Positions 29,267 through 39,810 of a stretch of 58,914 bases of DNA are shown here, one piece after another (the first letter of the stretch is position 1; every line of letters starts with the position of its first letter). Under the pieces are notes generated by a model. That model had not been told where the DNA came from, ran no database searches, and worked only from the letters and a program-made list of their open reading frames with translations. Origin of the DNA: a virus (taxonomy: Duplodnaviria; Caudoviricetes); the IMG/VR virus record IMGVR_UViG_3300037247_000395, positions 1 through 58,914 of that record. One strand, 5' to 3'. The position numbers were made by a program, and so were the translations under genes.

Positions 29267-30735
29267 GCCATCTACTTGAACCCAACCTACAGAGAGCAGC
29301 TTTCGGTGAGTTGCTGGTAGCAGAGCCTTCACCAGTTATTCAAGTCCAATTCCCCTACAACATCAACAGCGACCTAATTGAGAGCCGGGAGAACAACGCG
29401 GGCACAATCACAGCGGCTGATGGCATGGCTGTTATTCAGAGCGGGGCGTCGGCCAACTCTGCGGCGCACATGCTCTCGATCGAGCCCTTGAAGTACGAGC
29501 CTGGGCAGGGAGCGCTAGTCAGGTTCACGGCGCTGTTCACTGCCGGGGTTGCCAACTCGACGCAACTTGCTGGGATTGGCGATGTAGGCGACGGGTTGTT
29601 CTTCGGCTTCAACGGCGATGCGTTCTCCATCCTTCGGCGAGAACTTGGTGGGCCGGAGGTTCAGACCGTCACCGTGACAAACGGGGCGACGACAACGAGC
29701 GGGAACATCACGATTACACTAGACGGTGAAACGCGGGTGGTAGCGGTTGTTGAAGATGATACGGCCCGCGAGGTGGCCGTGAAGATCGCAAACGCCGACT
29801 GGACAGACGTTGGTTTAGGCTGGACTGCCTACGTCAACAATGCGACGGTCATCCTGAAGTCGTGGAGCGATGGGGACAAATCAGGCAGCATGTCTTTCGC
29901 AGACACCGATACAACTGGAGTGGCGGCCAGCCTCGCTGAGACTCTGGCCGGTGCGTCCGTATCAAATGAATGGGTAGCACAAGCGTCATGGAACCTCGAC
30001 CTAGCCGACGGCACAGGTACTCTTCCATCCCTTGACCCGACAAAGGGGAACGTCTACCAGATTCAATATCAATGGCTGGGATTCGGCCTTCTGACGTTCG
30101 CCATCGAGAATCCCACTACGGGCAAGTTCATTGATGTCCACCAGATTCGCTATGCCAACGCTAATACCGTGCCGTCTTTGCAGAACCCCACGCTGCCGCT
30201 GCACATCATGGCGAAGAACACCTCGAACACATCGAACCTCACGGTTAAGACTAGCTCCATGGCTGGATTTGTGGAGGGAAAGATTGAGGAAGCTCCGCTT
30301 CACCGGGCTGCTACTGGCGTGAACGCAGCAGTAGCGACGACTGAGATACCCATTCTCTCAATCAGAAACGACGTTGTTCACCAGTCGAAGCTCAACCGTG
30401 TGCAGATAGAGGCAGAGGAACTCTCTGTGGCGACGGAGGGGACGAAGCCTATTATCCTTCGCGTCAGGCTCAATCCTACGCTCACGGGGACGCCCGCCTT
30501 CGCCGCGTATGATGCTGCTGTGTCTGTTGCGTCGGTTGATGTGGCTGCTAGCGGTATTGTTGGTGGTGAGGCCATTCTAACCTTCGCCTTGGGTAAGGCA
30601 GACTCGAAATTGATCAGCCTTAGTGCGCTAAAGGAGAGATTGCATCCAGGGAGCATGGTCACCCTTACCGCTGAAGCCACTAGCGGAAGCGGCCATGAGG
30701 TGGATGTCGCGCTAAGTTGGGGAGAGTTGTTCTAG
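29263..30735 (+). CDS. Putative virion/receptor-binding protein
   Basis: Beta-rich, 'YEPGQG', 'QYQWLGFG', 'NPTLP'. Confidence 0.65.
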   Translation: MSHLLEPNLQRAAFGELLVAEPSPVIQVQFPYNINSDLIESRENNAGTITAADGMAVIQSGASANSAAHMLSIEPLKYEPGQGALVRFTALFTAGVANSTQLAGIGDVGDGLFFGFNGDAFSILRRELGGPEVQTVTVTNGATTTSGNITITLDGETRVVAVVEDDTAREVAVKIANADWTDVGLGWTAYVNNATVILKSWSDGDKSGSMSFADTDTTGVAASLAETLAGASVSNEWVAQASWNLDLADGTGTLPSLDPTKGNVYQIQYQWLGFGLLTFAIENPTTGKFIDVHQIRYANANTVPSLQNPTLPLHIMAKNTSNTSNLTVKTSSMAGFVEGKIEEAPLHRAATGVNAAVATTEIPILSIRNDVVHQSKLNRVQIEAEELSVATEGTKPIILRVRLNPTLTGTPAFAAYDAAVSVASVDVAASGIVGGEAILTFALGKADSKLISLSALKERLHPGSMVTLTAEATSGSGHEVDVALSWGELF

Positions 30736-30736
30736 T

Positions 30737-31657
30737 ATGGCTGTCCTGAAGCTGTGGGATGGAAGCACTTGGTTTGAGGTCCCAGTCGGACCTACCGGCG
30801 CGACCGGCCCTACAGGCCCCCAGGGCACGGCGGGGACGGCTGGTACGGGGCCTACGGGGCCGCAAGGCACAGCAGGCGCAACGGGAGCCCAGGGTCCTAC
30901 AGGGCCAACAGGTTCTCAGGGAACCGCAGGATCGCAGGGCACAATAGGAGCGACGGGCCCAACAGGGCCTACGGGTGCCCAAGGAACGGCTGGCGGGCAG
31001 GGAACTGCGGGGGCCACAGGAACCACCGGCCCCACCGGCGCACAGGGTACGGCAGGTAGTCAAGGAACGCAAGGCACCGCTGGTAGCACAGGTGCCACGG
31101 GGCCAACTGGCGCGCAAGGTACCGCCGGAGCGCAAGGGACTCAGGGAACGGCTGGTGCCACGGGTGGCACAGGGCCTACAGGAAGTCAAGGAAGCCAGGG
31201 AACCGCCGGCTCACAGGGCACCCAGGGAACTGCGGGGGCAACTGGCGCTGCTGGGCCAACTGGCCCTACCGGATCACAGGGAACGGCAGGCTCTAGCCAG
31301 CGCAAGATTCTCATCATGATGGATGGTGGCGGCGAGGTTCTTGCTACCGGCCCACGGCCAGCTATCGATATGCCAAACGTGGCGCTCACCTTGAAGCGTG
31401 GTCGGCTCCTGGCCGACGTGACTGGTAGTATCAAGGTGGACATCTTCGTTGATAGCTATGCCAACCATCCGCCCACCGATGCCGATTCAATCTGTGCCGG
31501 CCACGAACTGGAAATCTCCGGCGCCGACAAGGATGAGGACCAGACGCTCACAGGATGGACAACGACGATGGCGGCGCGTGCTGTCATGCGGATCAACGTG
31601 GATAGCGTTTCAACCATCACCCAATGCACCGTGACGCTGGAGGCCGACCCTACATAA
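30737..31657 (+). CDS. Collagen-like fibre protein (Thr/Gln-rich)
   Basis: About 56 Gly-X-Y triplets (GPT, GAT, GTA, GSQ) plus globular C-terminal domain. Confidence 0.92.
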   Translation: MAVLKLWDGSTWFEVPVGPTGATGPTGPQGTAGTAGTGPTGPQGTAGATGAQGPTGPTGSQGTAGSQGTIGATGPTGPTGAQGTAGGQGTAGATGTTGPTGAQGTAGSQGTQGTAGSTGATGPTGAQGTAGAQGTQGTAGATGGTGPTGSQGSQGTAGSQGTQGTAGATGAAGPTGPTGSQGTAGSSQRKILIMMDGGGEVLATGPRPAIDMPNVALTLKRGRLLADVTGSIKVDIFVDSYANHPPTDADSICAGHELEISGADKDEDQTLTGWTTTMAARAVMRINVDSVSTITQCTVTLEADPT

Positions 31658-33261
31658 TGAAAGACGCCGCCTACTATGACAAGGTCTACCGGGGCGACTA
31701 CGCGGTGGATGAGCAGCGCGTCCAGTTCGTCGCCGAACTCTGCCGAGGTCGGGTGCTGGACATCGGATCCGGCGATGGAGCCTTGGCAGTGGCGCTGGGC
31801 GACGGGCGGCAAGACTTCTACGTGGGCCTAGACTTCTCACGAGAGGCGTGCCTTCGCGCCCAGAAGCGCGCTCCAGGCTTCCCATTCGATGTCCGCGACT
31901 TCCTAGGCAACCGAGGGCTGCCTACGCCGGATGGCCCGTGGGATACCATCGTCCTGGGCGAACTGCTGGAGCACCTAGACGACGCCGCTGAGACCAAGCT
32001 GCTCAAGAAGGTCAAGCGCGCACTGGCACCGGACGGTCGCCTGATCGTCACGACCCCCAACGGCGACGCGGTGCCGGACGCCGCGCACGTCCGCACCTTC
32101 CACCTGAACGGCATGAGCGAAAAGCTACAGCCTCTCGGTGAGGTGTGCGGCCACGCCTACTCGGAACGGTACGTGATCGCCTCGGCTCACCCAGCCGGCC
32201 GGCCCAAGCTCACCGTCGTACTCATCACGAAGAACGAAGAGGAGCTGTTAGGCCAATGCCTAGAGTCGCTACAGGGCGTCTGGGATGAACTCGTGGTCGT
32301 GGACACGGGCTCGACGGATAAGACTATAGAGATCGCCGAGTCCTTCGGTGCCAAGATTGGCCGCTTCCCCTGGATAGATGACTTTGCGGCGGCCCGCAAT
32401 TACGCCGAGAGCCTATGCTCGGGTCACTACCTCTACTGGCAGGACGCTGACGAGATCTTGCTAGAGGGCAAGGAGGCGATGCGGAGGATCGTTGAGGAGG
32501 GCAAGGAGGATGGCCTGTCGCCCAAGCTGATCTTCAAGCGTGACGCGGCTGGCAATGTCGAAACCGACTTCATTCGCCAAGAGCTGTTTCACAAGCATAA
32601 CGGGGCGTGGCGATGGCACGGTGCCGCTCACAACTGGCTGAGCGGGCCTATCAGAACAGCAGCGCCGCAAATCGTAGTCGAGCACCTGAACCGCCCCAGT
32701 GGCGACCGCCCGAACCATAAGGACATCTTCGTGGCGCTGCGAAGCAATCTGAGCAAGGAAGCGCCGGACGAACGGAACCTCTTCTACCTAGCGCGGGAAC
32801 ACCACAATAAGGGGCACCATCACGAGGCGATAGGACTGATCGGGCTCATGCTACAGACGCCTATATCCTGGCCCGTCCAGCGGGCGCGGGGTTGCGTTAT
32901 CGCTGGCATGTGCTGGCAGGCGCTCGGCGACCCAGATGCGGCGGCGCAGGCATACCTCAAAGCCATCGAGATATGCCCGACCGTGGTGGAAGGCTTCTAC
33001 TATCTAGGCAAGTTGCGTTACGAGCAACAGCGGTATGCGGAAGGAGCCACATGGTTCAAGGCCGCGACTATCCCCGAGCCGGGGGGCTTCTTCGTGGACC
33101 GGGACATCTACGAGTGGCGGCGGTACGATCTCCTGGCCGTCTGCCTTCACAAGATAGGGCGCTCAGGGGAGGCGCGGCTGTATGGGGCCAAGGCGCTTTC
33201 GGCCCGTCCGAATGACGAGCAGTTGAAGACAAACATGGCGTATTACGAGGGGGCAGCATGA
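31657..33261 (+). CDS. SAM methyltransferase-GT2 glycosyltransferase-TPR fusion
   Basis: 'VLDIGSGDG', 'ELLEHL'; 'ITKNEE', 'VVDTGSTD', 'DFAAARN', 'DADE'; TPR-like helices; TAATG coupling with the collagen gene. Confidence 0.92.
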   Translation: MKDAAYYDKVYRGDYAVDEQRVQFVAELCRGRVLDIGSGDGALAVALGDGRQDFYVGLDFSREACLRAQKRAPGFPFDVRDFLGNRGLPTPDGPWDTIVLGELLEHLDDAAETKLLKKVKRALAPDGRLIVTTPNGDAVPDAAHVRTFHLNGMSEKLQPLGEVCGHAYSERYVIASAHPAGRPKLTVVLITKNEEELLGQCLESLQGVWDELVVVDTGSTDKTIEIAESFGAKIGRFPWIDDFAAARNYAESLCSGHYLYWQDADEILLEGKEAMRRIVEEGKEDGLSPKLIFKRDAAGNVETDFIRQELFHKHNGAWRWHGAAHNWLSGPIRTAAPQIVVEHLNRPSGDRPNHKDIFVALRSNLSKEAPDERNLFYLAREHHNKGHHHEAIGLIGLMLQTPISWPVQRARGCVIAGMCWQALGDPDAAAQAYLKAIEICPTVVEGFYYLGKLRYEQQRYAEGATWFKAATIPEPGGFFVDRDIYEWRRYDLLAVCLHKIGRSGEARLYGAKALSARPNDEQLKTNMAYYEGAA

Positions 33262-33842
33262 TCCGCCGCCTACGCTTCGACCCTGAGCGCGAGGACGGCG
33301 GGCCTGATATTGTCATGGCCGCTCGGCTCATGGGCACCGTCCCCAACCCAGCTTACTACCCCGACGCAGTCAGCCTGGGGGCCTACCTTACCGACCCCAC
33401 CGTAAGTGTCTTCCTAGACGACGAGACAGAGCAGTTAGTGATACTGACGTTCCTAGAAAAGCGTAGAGAAGTGCGGCTTAGTCAGGGCCTACCGATACCC
33501 GCGAAGATCAACAGCGTAGGCGGGAAGCCTGTCGTCTCCCTGGCAACTACAGTAGCCGCTACGGCCTCTTTGACGGCGCTCAGGGCGGTTGCTAGGGCGG
33601 CTGAACTCGACATGCTAGCCAAGCACCTCGAGGCGCGAAATTGGCGCTACTGGGGCAAGTTCCAGATCACGAACGCGAACGGGGACACGGTCACCTCGGA
33701 CGGCGGGGAGGCGCTATGCCGTGGCTGGAAGTTGTACGGGTATCCAGACGTGCATATCGGCATAGGCAGCGACGGGCAATTTTCAATGTGGACAACCCTG
33801 GCAGAGGCCACGACCTCTGTGCTGCCGGGGGTGACGCCCTGA
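33258..33842 (+). CDS. Hypothetical protein
   Basis: ATGA-coupled 194 aa ORF. Confidence 0.6.
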   Translation: MIRRLRFDPEREDGGPDIVMAARLMGTVPNPAYYPDAVSLGAYLTDPTVSVFLDDETEQLVILTFLEKRREVRLSQGLPIPAKINSVGGKPVVSLATTVAATASLTALRAVARAAELDMLAKHLEARNWRYWGKFQITNANGDTVTSDGGEALCRGWKLYGYPDVHIGIGSDGQFSMWTTLAEATTSVLPGVTP

Positions 33843-35023
33843 TGGCATACGTCGAGCGGGCTGGGTTGGGGCCGACGTTCCTGGAAGTGCAGATGCTCAA
33901 GAGCGATGCCCAGACTACGTCAGCCCTGATTGTGGCGACTACTGACGACGATGCCGAAGCACCTCCTGTAACCAACTGCTACTGGATTAAAGAAGCACCG
34001 GGCTTGGCTGCCCATGCGTTTACTGTAGGACCGGGGGCGCTGCCAGTGCCAACCCCTCTCAACTTTGAGTGGCCCGTCTGTGCGGCGCACCGGATCGAGG
34101 CGGTAGTAGATTTCGGGTTGGGGCCGGAGGAGAACGTTTGCAGATTTGACATGGATGGCGGGGGCGGCTTCTGCACCACAAAATACGACCCGCAAAGCAA
34201 CACCACATTCCGGTATCGGCTCACGCAGCAGGGCGGCAATAACGCTTACGGCTCAGCACGCGACACGAATGTAAGTCGCAGTCTCCGCTGGCAGTTCGAT
34301 GGAACCAACTACAAGCTCTGGGTAGATGGTGTCTTGGACATCTCGATTGGCGTCACTGATATGCCCCTCAACTTCCTCCATGTCGGCACCAACATTGTCA
34401 ACGCAAAGCAATACTGGTGCGGTCTTGGCTGGCGGGGTAGTGACGATGAAGCCGACCGGCCCAACACGACGCCAACAATCGAGGGCTCTAACCCGAAGGG
34501 CGACAACGAATCAGCCTCCTTCTCGGACGAGAACTGCAACGGCGCGGACGGGGCTGGTACTTGGCCGGACTGGGATGATGACGGGGCCGACGACAGCAAC
34601 ACCGCGATTGCTATGTGCGACGATGCCAACACGGCTGCGTCCGAGACCTCGGACATGGACGACATTGTAATGGACGACCCCGATCTTGTTGTCCTACGCC
34701 AGTTGGGCGCAGCAATCTTTGGTGGAAAGACTGGCGCAACCTTCGCTCGAATTATCAATGGCGATATGACGCCTAAAATCTCTGAGGCCGTGCACACCAA
34801 CGTCTCCAACACGAGCTTTCGTGGCTACTCTCGCGCGTTCCCGCTTGACGCGAACGGAGACGCCTGGACGAAGCTGCGGGTAAACGACACGAACGCGGGT
34901 ATCCGTGCCCTCGGTACTAACGACGAAAGCACCGCTTGGGCGATGAACCGGATGGAGACGTTCAAGTGGGGCGACGACCCGCCAGCAGTGGGCAAGCCAT
35001 CTACGCAGGCGTTGATAATCTGA
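33842..35023 (+). CDS. Putative acidic virion protein
   Basis: TGATG coupling; 'YKLWVDG' lectin-like strand. Confidence 0.6.
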   Translation: MAYVERAGLGPTFLEVQMLKSDAQTTSALIVATTDDDAEAPPVTNCYWIKEAPGLAAHAFTVGPGALPVPTPLNFEWPVCAAHRIEAVVDFGLGPEENVCRFDMDGGGGFCTTKYDPQSNTTFRYRLTQQGGNNAYGSARDTNVSRSLRWQFDGTNYKLWVDGVLDISIGVTDMPLNFLHVGTNIVNAKQYWCGLGWRGSDDEADRPNTTPTIEGSNPKGDNESASFSDENCNGADGAGTWPDWDDDGADDSNTAIAMCDDANTAASETSDMDDIVMDDPDLVVLRQLGAAIFGGKTGATFARIINGDMTPKISEAVHTNVSNTSFRGYSRAFPLDANGDAWTKLRVNDTNAGIRALGTNDESTAWAMNRMETFKWGDDPPAVGKPSTQALII

Positions 35024-35127
35024 TGACCTGGCGCGAGAAGGCGCTGCTATTTCTAACAGGGTTGGCCATTATGGCCGTACTCTTTGGCGCTGCCCTGGTA
35101 ATCGGGGTGCTGCTCTGGATAAGCTAG
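35023..35127 (+). CDS. Small membrane peptide (lysis module?)
   Basis: 34 aa, one hydrophobic helix. Confidence 0.45.
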   Translation: MTWREKALLFLTGLAIMAVLFGAALVIGVLLWIS

Positions 35128-35139
35128 GAAGGACGAAGC

Positions 35140-35403
35140 ATGGAGAATGAGATAATCGCCAGCCTCGGAACGATCATCGTCGCCCTCGGTGGTGCGCTAG
35201 GCTGGCAGCAGCGGCGCAACGGAAAGAACGGCAATCCAGGTATCGGTGCCCATCTCGCGCGGCTTGAAACCTTGGCAGAGCAACAGGTGAGAGCGACGGA
35301 GCAAGCCAGCATAGCTCTCACGGCCATCCAGGTGACGCTCGCCACGCTTGAGGCAACGGTGGGGACCTGCGGTGCGGTTCAGGTGAGACAGCGAGGAGGT
35401 TGA
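35140..35403 (+). CDS. Putative holin-like membrane protein
   Basis: N-terminal TM helix plus coiled coil; upstream of the amidase. Confidence 0.5.
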   Translation: MENEIIASLGTIIVALGGALGWQQRRNGKNGNPGIGAHLARLETLAEQQVRATEQASIALTAIQVTLATLEATVGTCGAVQVRQRGG

Positions 35404-35479
35404 CCATGCTGTGCTGGTGGATCGCGGTGGCCTACACAGTGATGATGCTCCTGCCTGAGCTGCTGGCGTGGGGGGTGCT

Positions 35480-35956
35480 GTGAAGCTACAGATCACACCG
35501 ACCCTGCTCTACATGGACCGGCGTGAGTGGGGCGCGGACGTGACGCTGCCCCGCCTGGGCTGGCCCGTCGCCCGCGACCGGCGCACTCACGCGATTCTAC
35601 ACCACACGGTTATCATCGACAATGACGCTACGCCGAACGTCTGGGAACACCTAGACGAGATCGAGGCGAAGATGCGCCAGCTACAAACGATCCGCCCGGA
35701 CCTTGGACTCGATGTGCCGTACAACGATGTGGGCTTCCTCATGGCAGGCGGCAAGCTCGTCGTCTGCGAGGGCCGAGGACAGGACAGGACGGGCGCCCAC
35801 ACTCACGGCCACAACACCGAGGGGTACGCGCTGGCGCTGGAAGGCAACTTCATGCTGGCCCGCGACATCCTGCCATGGGTACCGCCGCTCTCTCGCTACT
35901 GGGGCTGGCTGAAGTACGACAGAGGGATGCGTAACCTGGGGGTGGTGACGCCATGA
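35480..35956 (+). CDS. N-acetylmuramoyl-L-alanine amidase (PGRP/Amidase_2-like), N-terminal part
   Basis: 'RREWGA', 'ILHHT', 'EGRG', 'GAHT.GHN'. Confidence 0.85.
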   Translation: MKLQITPTLLYMDRREWGADVTLPRLGWPVARDRRTHAILHHTVIIDNDATPNVWEHLDEIEAKMRQLQTIRPDLGLDVPYNDVGFLMAGGKLVVCEGRGQDRTGAHTHGHNTEGYALALEGNFMLARDILPWVPPLSRYWGWLKYDRGMRNLGVVTP

Positions 35957-36237
35957 GGGTGATCTTCGGGCACCAGGACTTCCGAGATCAAGACGACCGC
36001 CGGACTTGGACAGCCTGCCCTGGCACGCAGGTCATGGCCCGCATCGCGCTGATCACATTCGACAAGGGAGAGGAGGCCGACATGGTATCGCAGGCAGACT
36101 TCGACGCCTTCGTGAAACAGCAGAAGGCGATCAACGAGTTCCAGAACGAAATCCTGGTGGGGCAAAAAGCTGCCATCGACCTGCTGGCTGGAATCGCGGT
36201 CGACCACGAGGCGCGGATCAAGGCGCTCGAGGGGTGA
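35953..36237 (+). CDS. Amidase C-terminal part (carries the remaining Zn ligands)
   Basis: 'GHQD...TACPG'; -1 frame relative to the upstream ORF. Confidence 0.8.
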   Translation: MRVIFGHQDFRDQDDRRTWTACPGTQVMARIALITFDKGEEADMVSQADFDAFVKQQKAINEFQNEILVGQKAAIDLLAGIAVDHEARIKALEG

Positions 36238-36296
36238 GTGTGCTAGAATGGAGATGGATAGGAACCTGAGCTATCTCAGGGGAGGATTCCAGCCTC

Positions 36297-36324
36297 GGCC
36301 CCCGGCAACGGGGGCTTTCCCTTT
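36297..36324 (+). terminator. Intrinsic terminator after the lysis module
   Basis: GCCCCCG-GCAA-CGGGGGC followed by TTTCCCTTT. Confidence 0.65.
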
Positions 36325-36364
36325 GCGGCACCCGCAATCCGTGGTAGGATAGAGACTGTGCCTG

Positions 36365-36437
36365 GGGCCTGTAGCTCAGCGGTAGAGCGCCCGGCTTTAA
36401 CCGGGTGGGCGCAGGTTCGAATCCTGCCAGAGGCCCA
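36365..36437 (+). tRNA. Aberrant tRNA-Lys-like gene (pseudo-tRNA or tRNA-like RNA)
   Basis: Clean D-arm and T-arm; 6-nt anticodon loop CTTTAA; 2-nt insertion in the 3' acceptor strand; no CCA. Confidence 0.7.
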
Positions 36438-36542
36438 GGCGCTACCACCGTTACCTCCCTAGTCGTCTCGATGGCTAGGAGGAGAGCCGCCGACGGGCGG
36501 CTTCTCCATTTCGGACGAGCCGAAAGGATTTCTGGCGGGGGG

Positions 36543-36572
36543 TTGACAAACCCTAGGGTACTATGCTAGGGT
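36543..36572 (+). promoter_or_regulatory. Promoter with palindromic operator candidate
   Basis: TTGACA-18 nt-TAGGGT with TG extension; palindrome ACCCTAGGGT (36550-36559) in the spacer; ATG 7 nt after the -10. Confidence 0.6.
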
Positions 36573-36579
36573 AGGTATC

Positions 36580-36732
36580 ATGCCTACGAAAACACTGCCC
36601 GACGGTAAGGTTCAAGCCAACTGGATCATCCTCCGGGAACTCAAGGAATGGGTGGATGCTGAGGCCCTGAAAGCGGGGCGTCGGCCGGCTCATGTCGTAG
36701 AGGATATCATCAAGGCGGTCAAAGGTGCCTAG
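36580..36732 (+). CDS. Ribbon-helix-helix (Arc/CopG-like) regulator
   Basis: MPTKTLPDGKVQANWIILRELKEWVDAEALKAGRRPAHVVEDIIKAVKGA; below the ORF-track cutoff. Confidence 0.7.
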   Translation: MPTKTLPDGKVQANWIILRELKEWVDAEALKAGRRPAHVVEDIIKAVKGA

Positions 36733-37050
36733 CCCCAACAGCCAGCGCGAGTGTGGCTGCCCGGCGTGGGCGAAGCCTTGCGTTCACTTCGATGGGCAAG
36801 TGCTCTGGTTGGTAGACAGGGACTTGGCCGAACAGGACGCAGCTATGGCAGCCTGTAGCAAGTCCCCTGGGGACGCGTATCTTATCGGCGTGGGCGAGCT
36901 CAGTACTTGTAGTGGCTGTGGCGCGCATCCCGTTTTGGCGTGTCCTGATTTTGCTTCGACTTCGCAGTTCTCCGCTCTCCCCGCCGCCGAAGCCGAGTTC
37001 GACCGCCGCAACGCCGCCATGCTAGGGCGGGAGGATAGCCCGTGAGTACC

Positions 37051-37270
37051 GAGCTGCTGCCCAGAGTCGCCGCGCCTACTTCCCCCGGGCTGCGCGACAA
37101 CGCCACCAGCCTGGGCAGCGGCTCCGTGTTCATGAGCGCCGTAGATCGCAGGCCAGGAGTTCCCGAGTCGCGTTTCCTTGCGTCACTTGGCCCCGTGCTC
37201 CTGGCTTGCGACCCGCGACGCTCGCATGGATGCAGGCAAGGATGGGGCATGGATGCCCCGTCGCGGGGCC
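37051..37270 (+). ncRNA. Structured RNA candidate (two long G-U-containing stems plus a hairpin)
   Basis: 14-bp stem 37051-37064/37111-37124; 13-bp stem 37147-37159/37198-37210. Confidence 0.45.
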
Positions 37271-37297
37271 AATAGGGACTAGCGAAAGGAGAGAACG

Positions 37298-39797
37298 ATG
37301 TGTTGCCGAGACAAGCACGATTACCAGTATTGGCTACGCCAGCAGGGCCAGACGGTGAGGATCACGCGCGGGGCACTGGCGGGCACTTCAGGAAGGCTGA
37401 CCGGCATCTGCCATCAGTACGGCATGGTCTTCCTGGGTGAAAAGAAAACGGTCGATGTCGTGTGGGGCGACCTCGAAGTAACGCCCTAGCTTCAGCATGG
37501 AGACGGATCGGTGAGGTGTGATGTCTGGAGACGGCCCGCTAGCAGGGCTAGGCGTTCGACTCGGCCTATCCAAGTGCGCTGCCTCCCCGGTCCTTCCCCG
37601 TGCTGATAGCGCGGAAGACTGGAAGGGAGAATGTGGTGATGTTCTAGGATAGGAGCGCCAGCCCAAAAGCGCGCGGCCCCTCAAGCCGAGGTGGCCTGGG
37701 GGGCCGTGCAGGCCGATTGGAACGCAACTGAAAGGTACACGAAATGAAGCAATACTACAAGGTGGTGAGGCCAGACGGGAAACGGCTGATGTCGGCGGTC
37801 ATGGGTAAGGGGATTGGCCGTTCTCTGGAGTGCGTCTACAGCACGACGCAGTGGACCGAGGGTGTAGAGGGAACGCCTGTTATAGCCTTCGAGGATCGAG
37901 CCAGTGCCGCCCATTGGGCACCGCCAGGATCGGAGACCTGGGAGGCGCAGGCCAAGCGGCCTCGCAAGATCAATCGACTTTCTTACTACGAGAATGGCAA
38001 GCAAACCCTGGTGGCCTTCTGGAAAAGCATCGAAGGGAAGCGTTGGTCTGCCCTTTCCTCTACCCATAAGGGTCAGCTGGCGCCACAGGGCACCGTCGCC
38101 TGCGAGGCCATCCGCCTAGTGCGGCGAGTCCCCACCCGGAGGCGGTCATGATCGAGCCCCAAGCAAGCAAGGCAGAGCTACAGGTGCCGCCCGACAAGGA
38201 CGCGCTGGCGCTGGTGGAGGCGATCCGTAAGCAGGCGAAGTACGACGCAACGAGCCTTGACTGTCATTGGGCGCACCTCGCGACCAAGCTGGGCGTGATC
38301 GAGAGCGACGCCGAACGCCTGAAGGTGCTGCTGGCTGAGCGGGACGCGGAGCGCGAGGCTGGACGGGAGGCACTAGAGGCGCTTCTCGCCGTGATCGATG
38401 AGTCGGTGGGCGTCGAGGGCTGGCATCTCAACGGTGCCATCGCTGAGTGGGGCGAGTTTGAGTGGATAGAGGACTTGCGCGCCCTCGCCCGCGTGAAGGG
38501 AGACTCGTGATGGAGTGCGTCTGCAAGATCGTCCGCCGTGGCAACGAGTTAGACATAGAGCACTGCCCCAAGCACGCGGAGGTGGACAACCTGCTGGCGG
38601 CGCTGGCGTGGGCGGTGCCCTACTTGGCTGAGGTACCTCTTCCGCCAGATAACCAGAGGCACCGAGACTGGTATGCCAAGAAGCTCGACGCAGCAGAGCA
38701 AGCAGTCCGCACCGCCTCGGGCTGCGCGGCATGAGCGAGCACCAACGCCGTGCCTTCTACCGTGGCTACAAGACTGACCTTACTGATCTCGCCCGCGCCC
38801 TGTTGGGAGCCTACGAAGAAGACTGGATGCCCGAGGGTGACGAGTGGGAAGCCCAGGTGCAGGCGTTCGCTGACAAGCTGGACGGCGCTATCGAGGACCG
38901 CGTGCATGAGTGGCTAAAGACCCAGGAGCGGGAGCGGGCCGAGCGGGCGATGGCCGAAGCGATGATGCCGCGATGACCTGTCCAGGTTGCGGGCACATCC
39001 ACCTCTACGCAAGCTGGTGTGGTGAGTTTCTGCTCGAGCCGGTGCACTACATGCAACGTGGAACTTGGCCGCGCTGTTGGTGTGGCCGCAAGGAGGCCCC
39101 TGATAACACCGCCAGGTTCGCCGTGTTGATGGCCGACATACAGGAGGAAACTCATGGAGATTCTGTGACCGACGCGGCGGCGCGCATGAGAGGAGAGAGG
39201 TAATGGGCGAAGAGACGATATTCAACGCCTGCCTTGCAGCGCTGTTTGCGGCTGGCGCAATGGTGATGATGCACCACAACGAAGTGACGGTGATACTGCC
39301 GCCCGAGTCAGCCTTCAGCGATGACGATGACGAGGTAGTGGATATGAGCCTTGCCCATTTCAAGTTGCTGTGCTTCAAGACCTGCCAGGAAGTGGCCGCG
39401 TCATGACCATGCAGACCGAGCCCGTCGCTACCGAGCCGCGCCACCAGGAGGCGCAGTCATGAGCGGGTTTGTCGAGACGCAGATGGATGATGCTGACCGC
39501 GCCGGGGTGGATTATTCACTCGCTACCGAGTGGGTGTCGCACGCCCACGGGCCCATGTACCCCGACAGCACGGCGTGCGGCCTGATGCGGTACGAGATGG
39601 AAGCGCGGCGCGAATACTACGTCGTCAGCGAGCGCGTGACGTGCCAGCCGTGCCTTGCAGCCGTCGAGCGCCGGCACCGAGAGCGGGAGCGTGAGGAGTT
39701 CTACGCGCTGGACCTAGAGCACGACCAGGGCGACCCCCTCTGGGGCGACCGAGGCTACCGCTGGGTCGCCCGCAAGCACCGGGAGACGATTGACTAA
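37298..39797 (+). other. Run of small hypothetical genes (e.g. 37298-37489, 37744-38151, 38148-38510, 38731-38976, 39203-39406)
   Basis: RBS-led or ATGA-coupled + strand ORFs. Confidence 0.55.
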
Positions 39798-39810
39798 GAC
39801 TGGAGGAACA

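Noticed and set aside
30788-31297. CRISPR-like or DGR-like repeat array
   Set aside because: The repeats are degenerate collagen codons; no repeat-spacer structure, cas gene or reverse transcriptase is visible.
36365-36437. attP site in the tRNA-like sequence
   Set aside because: No integrase recognised and no duplicated core.
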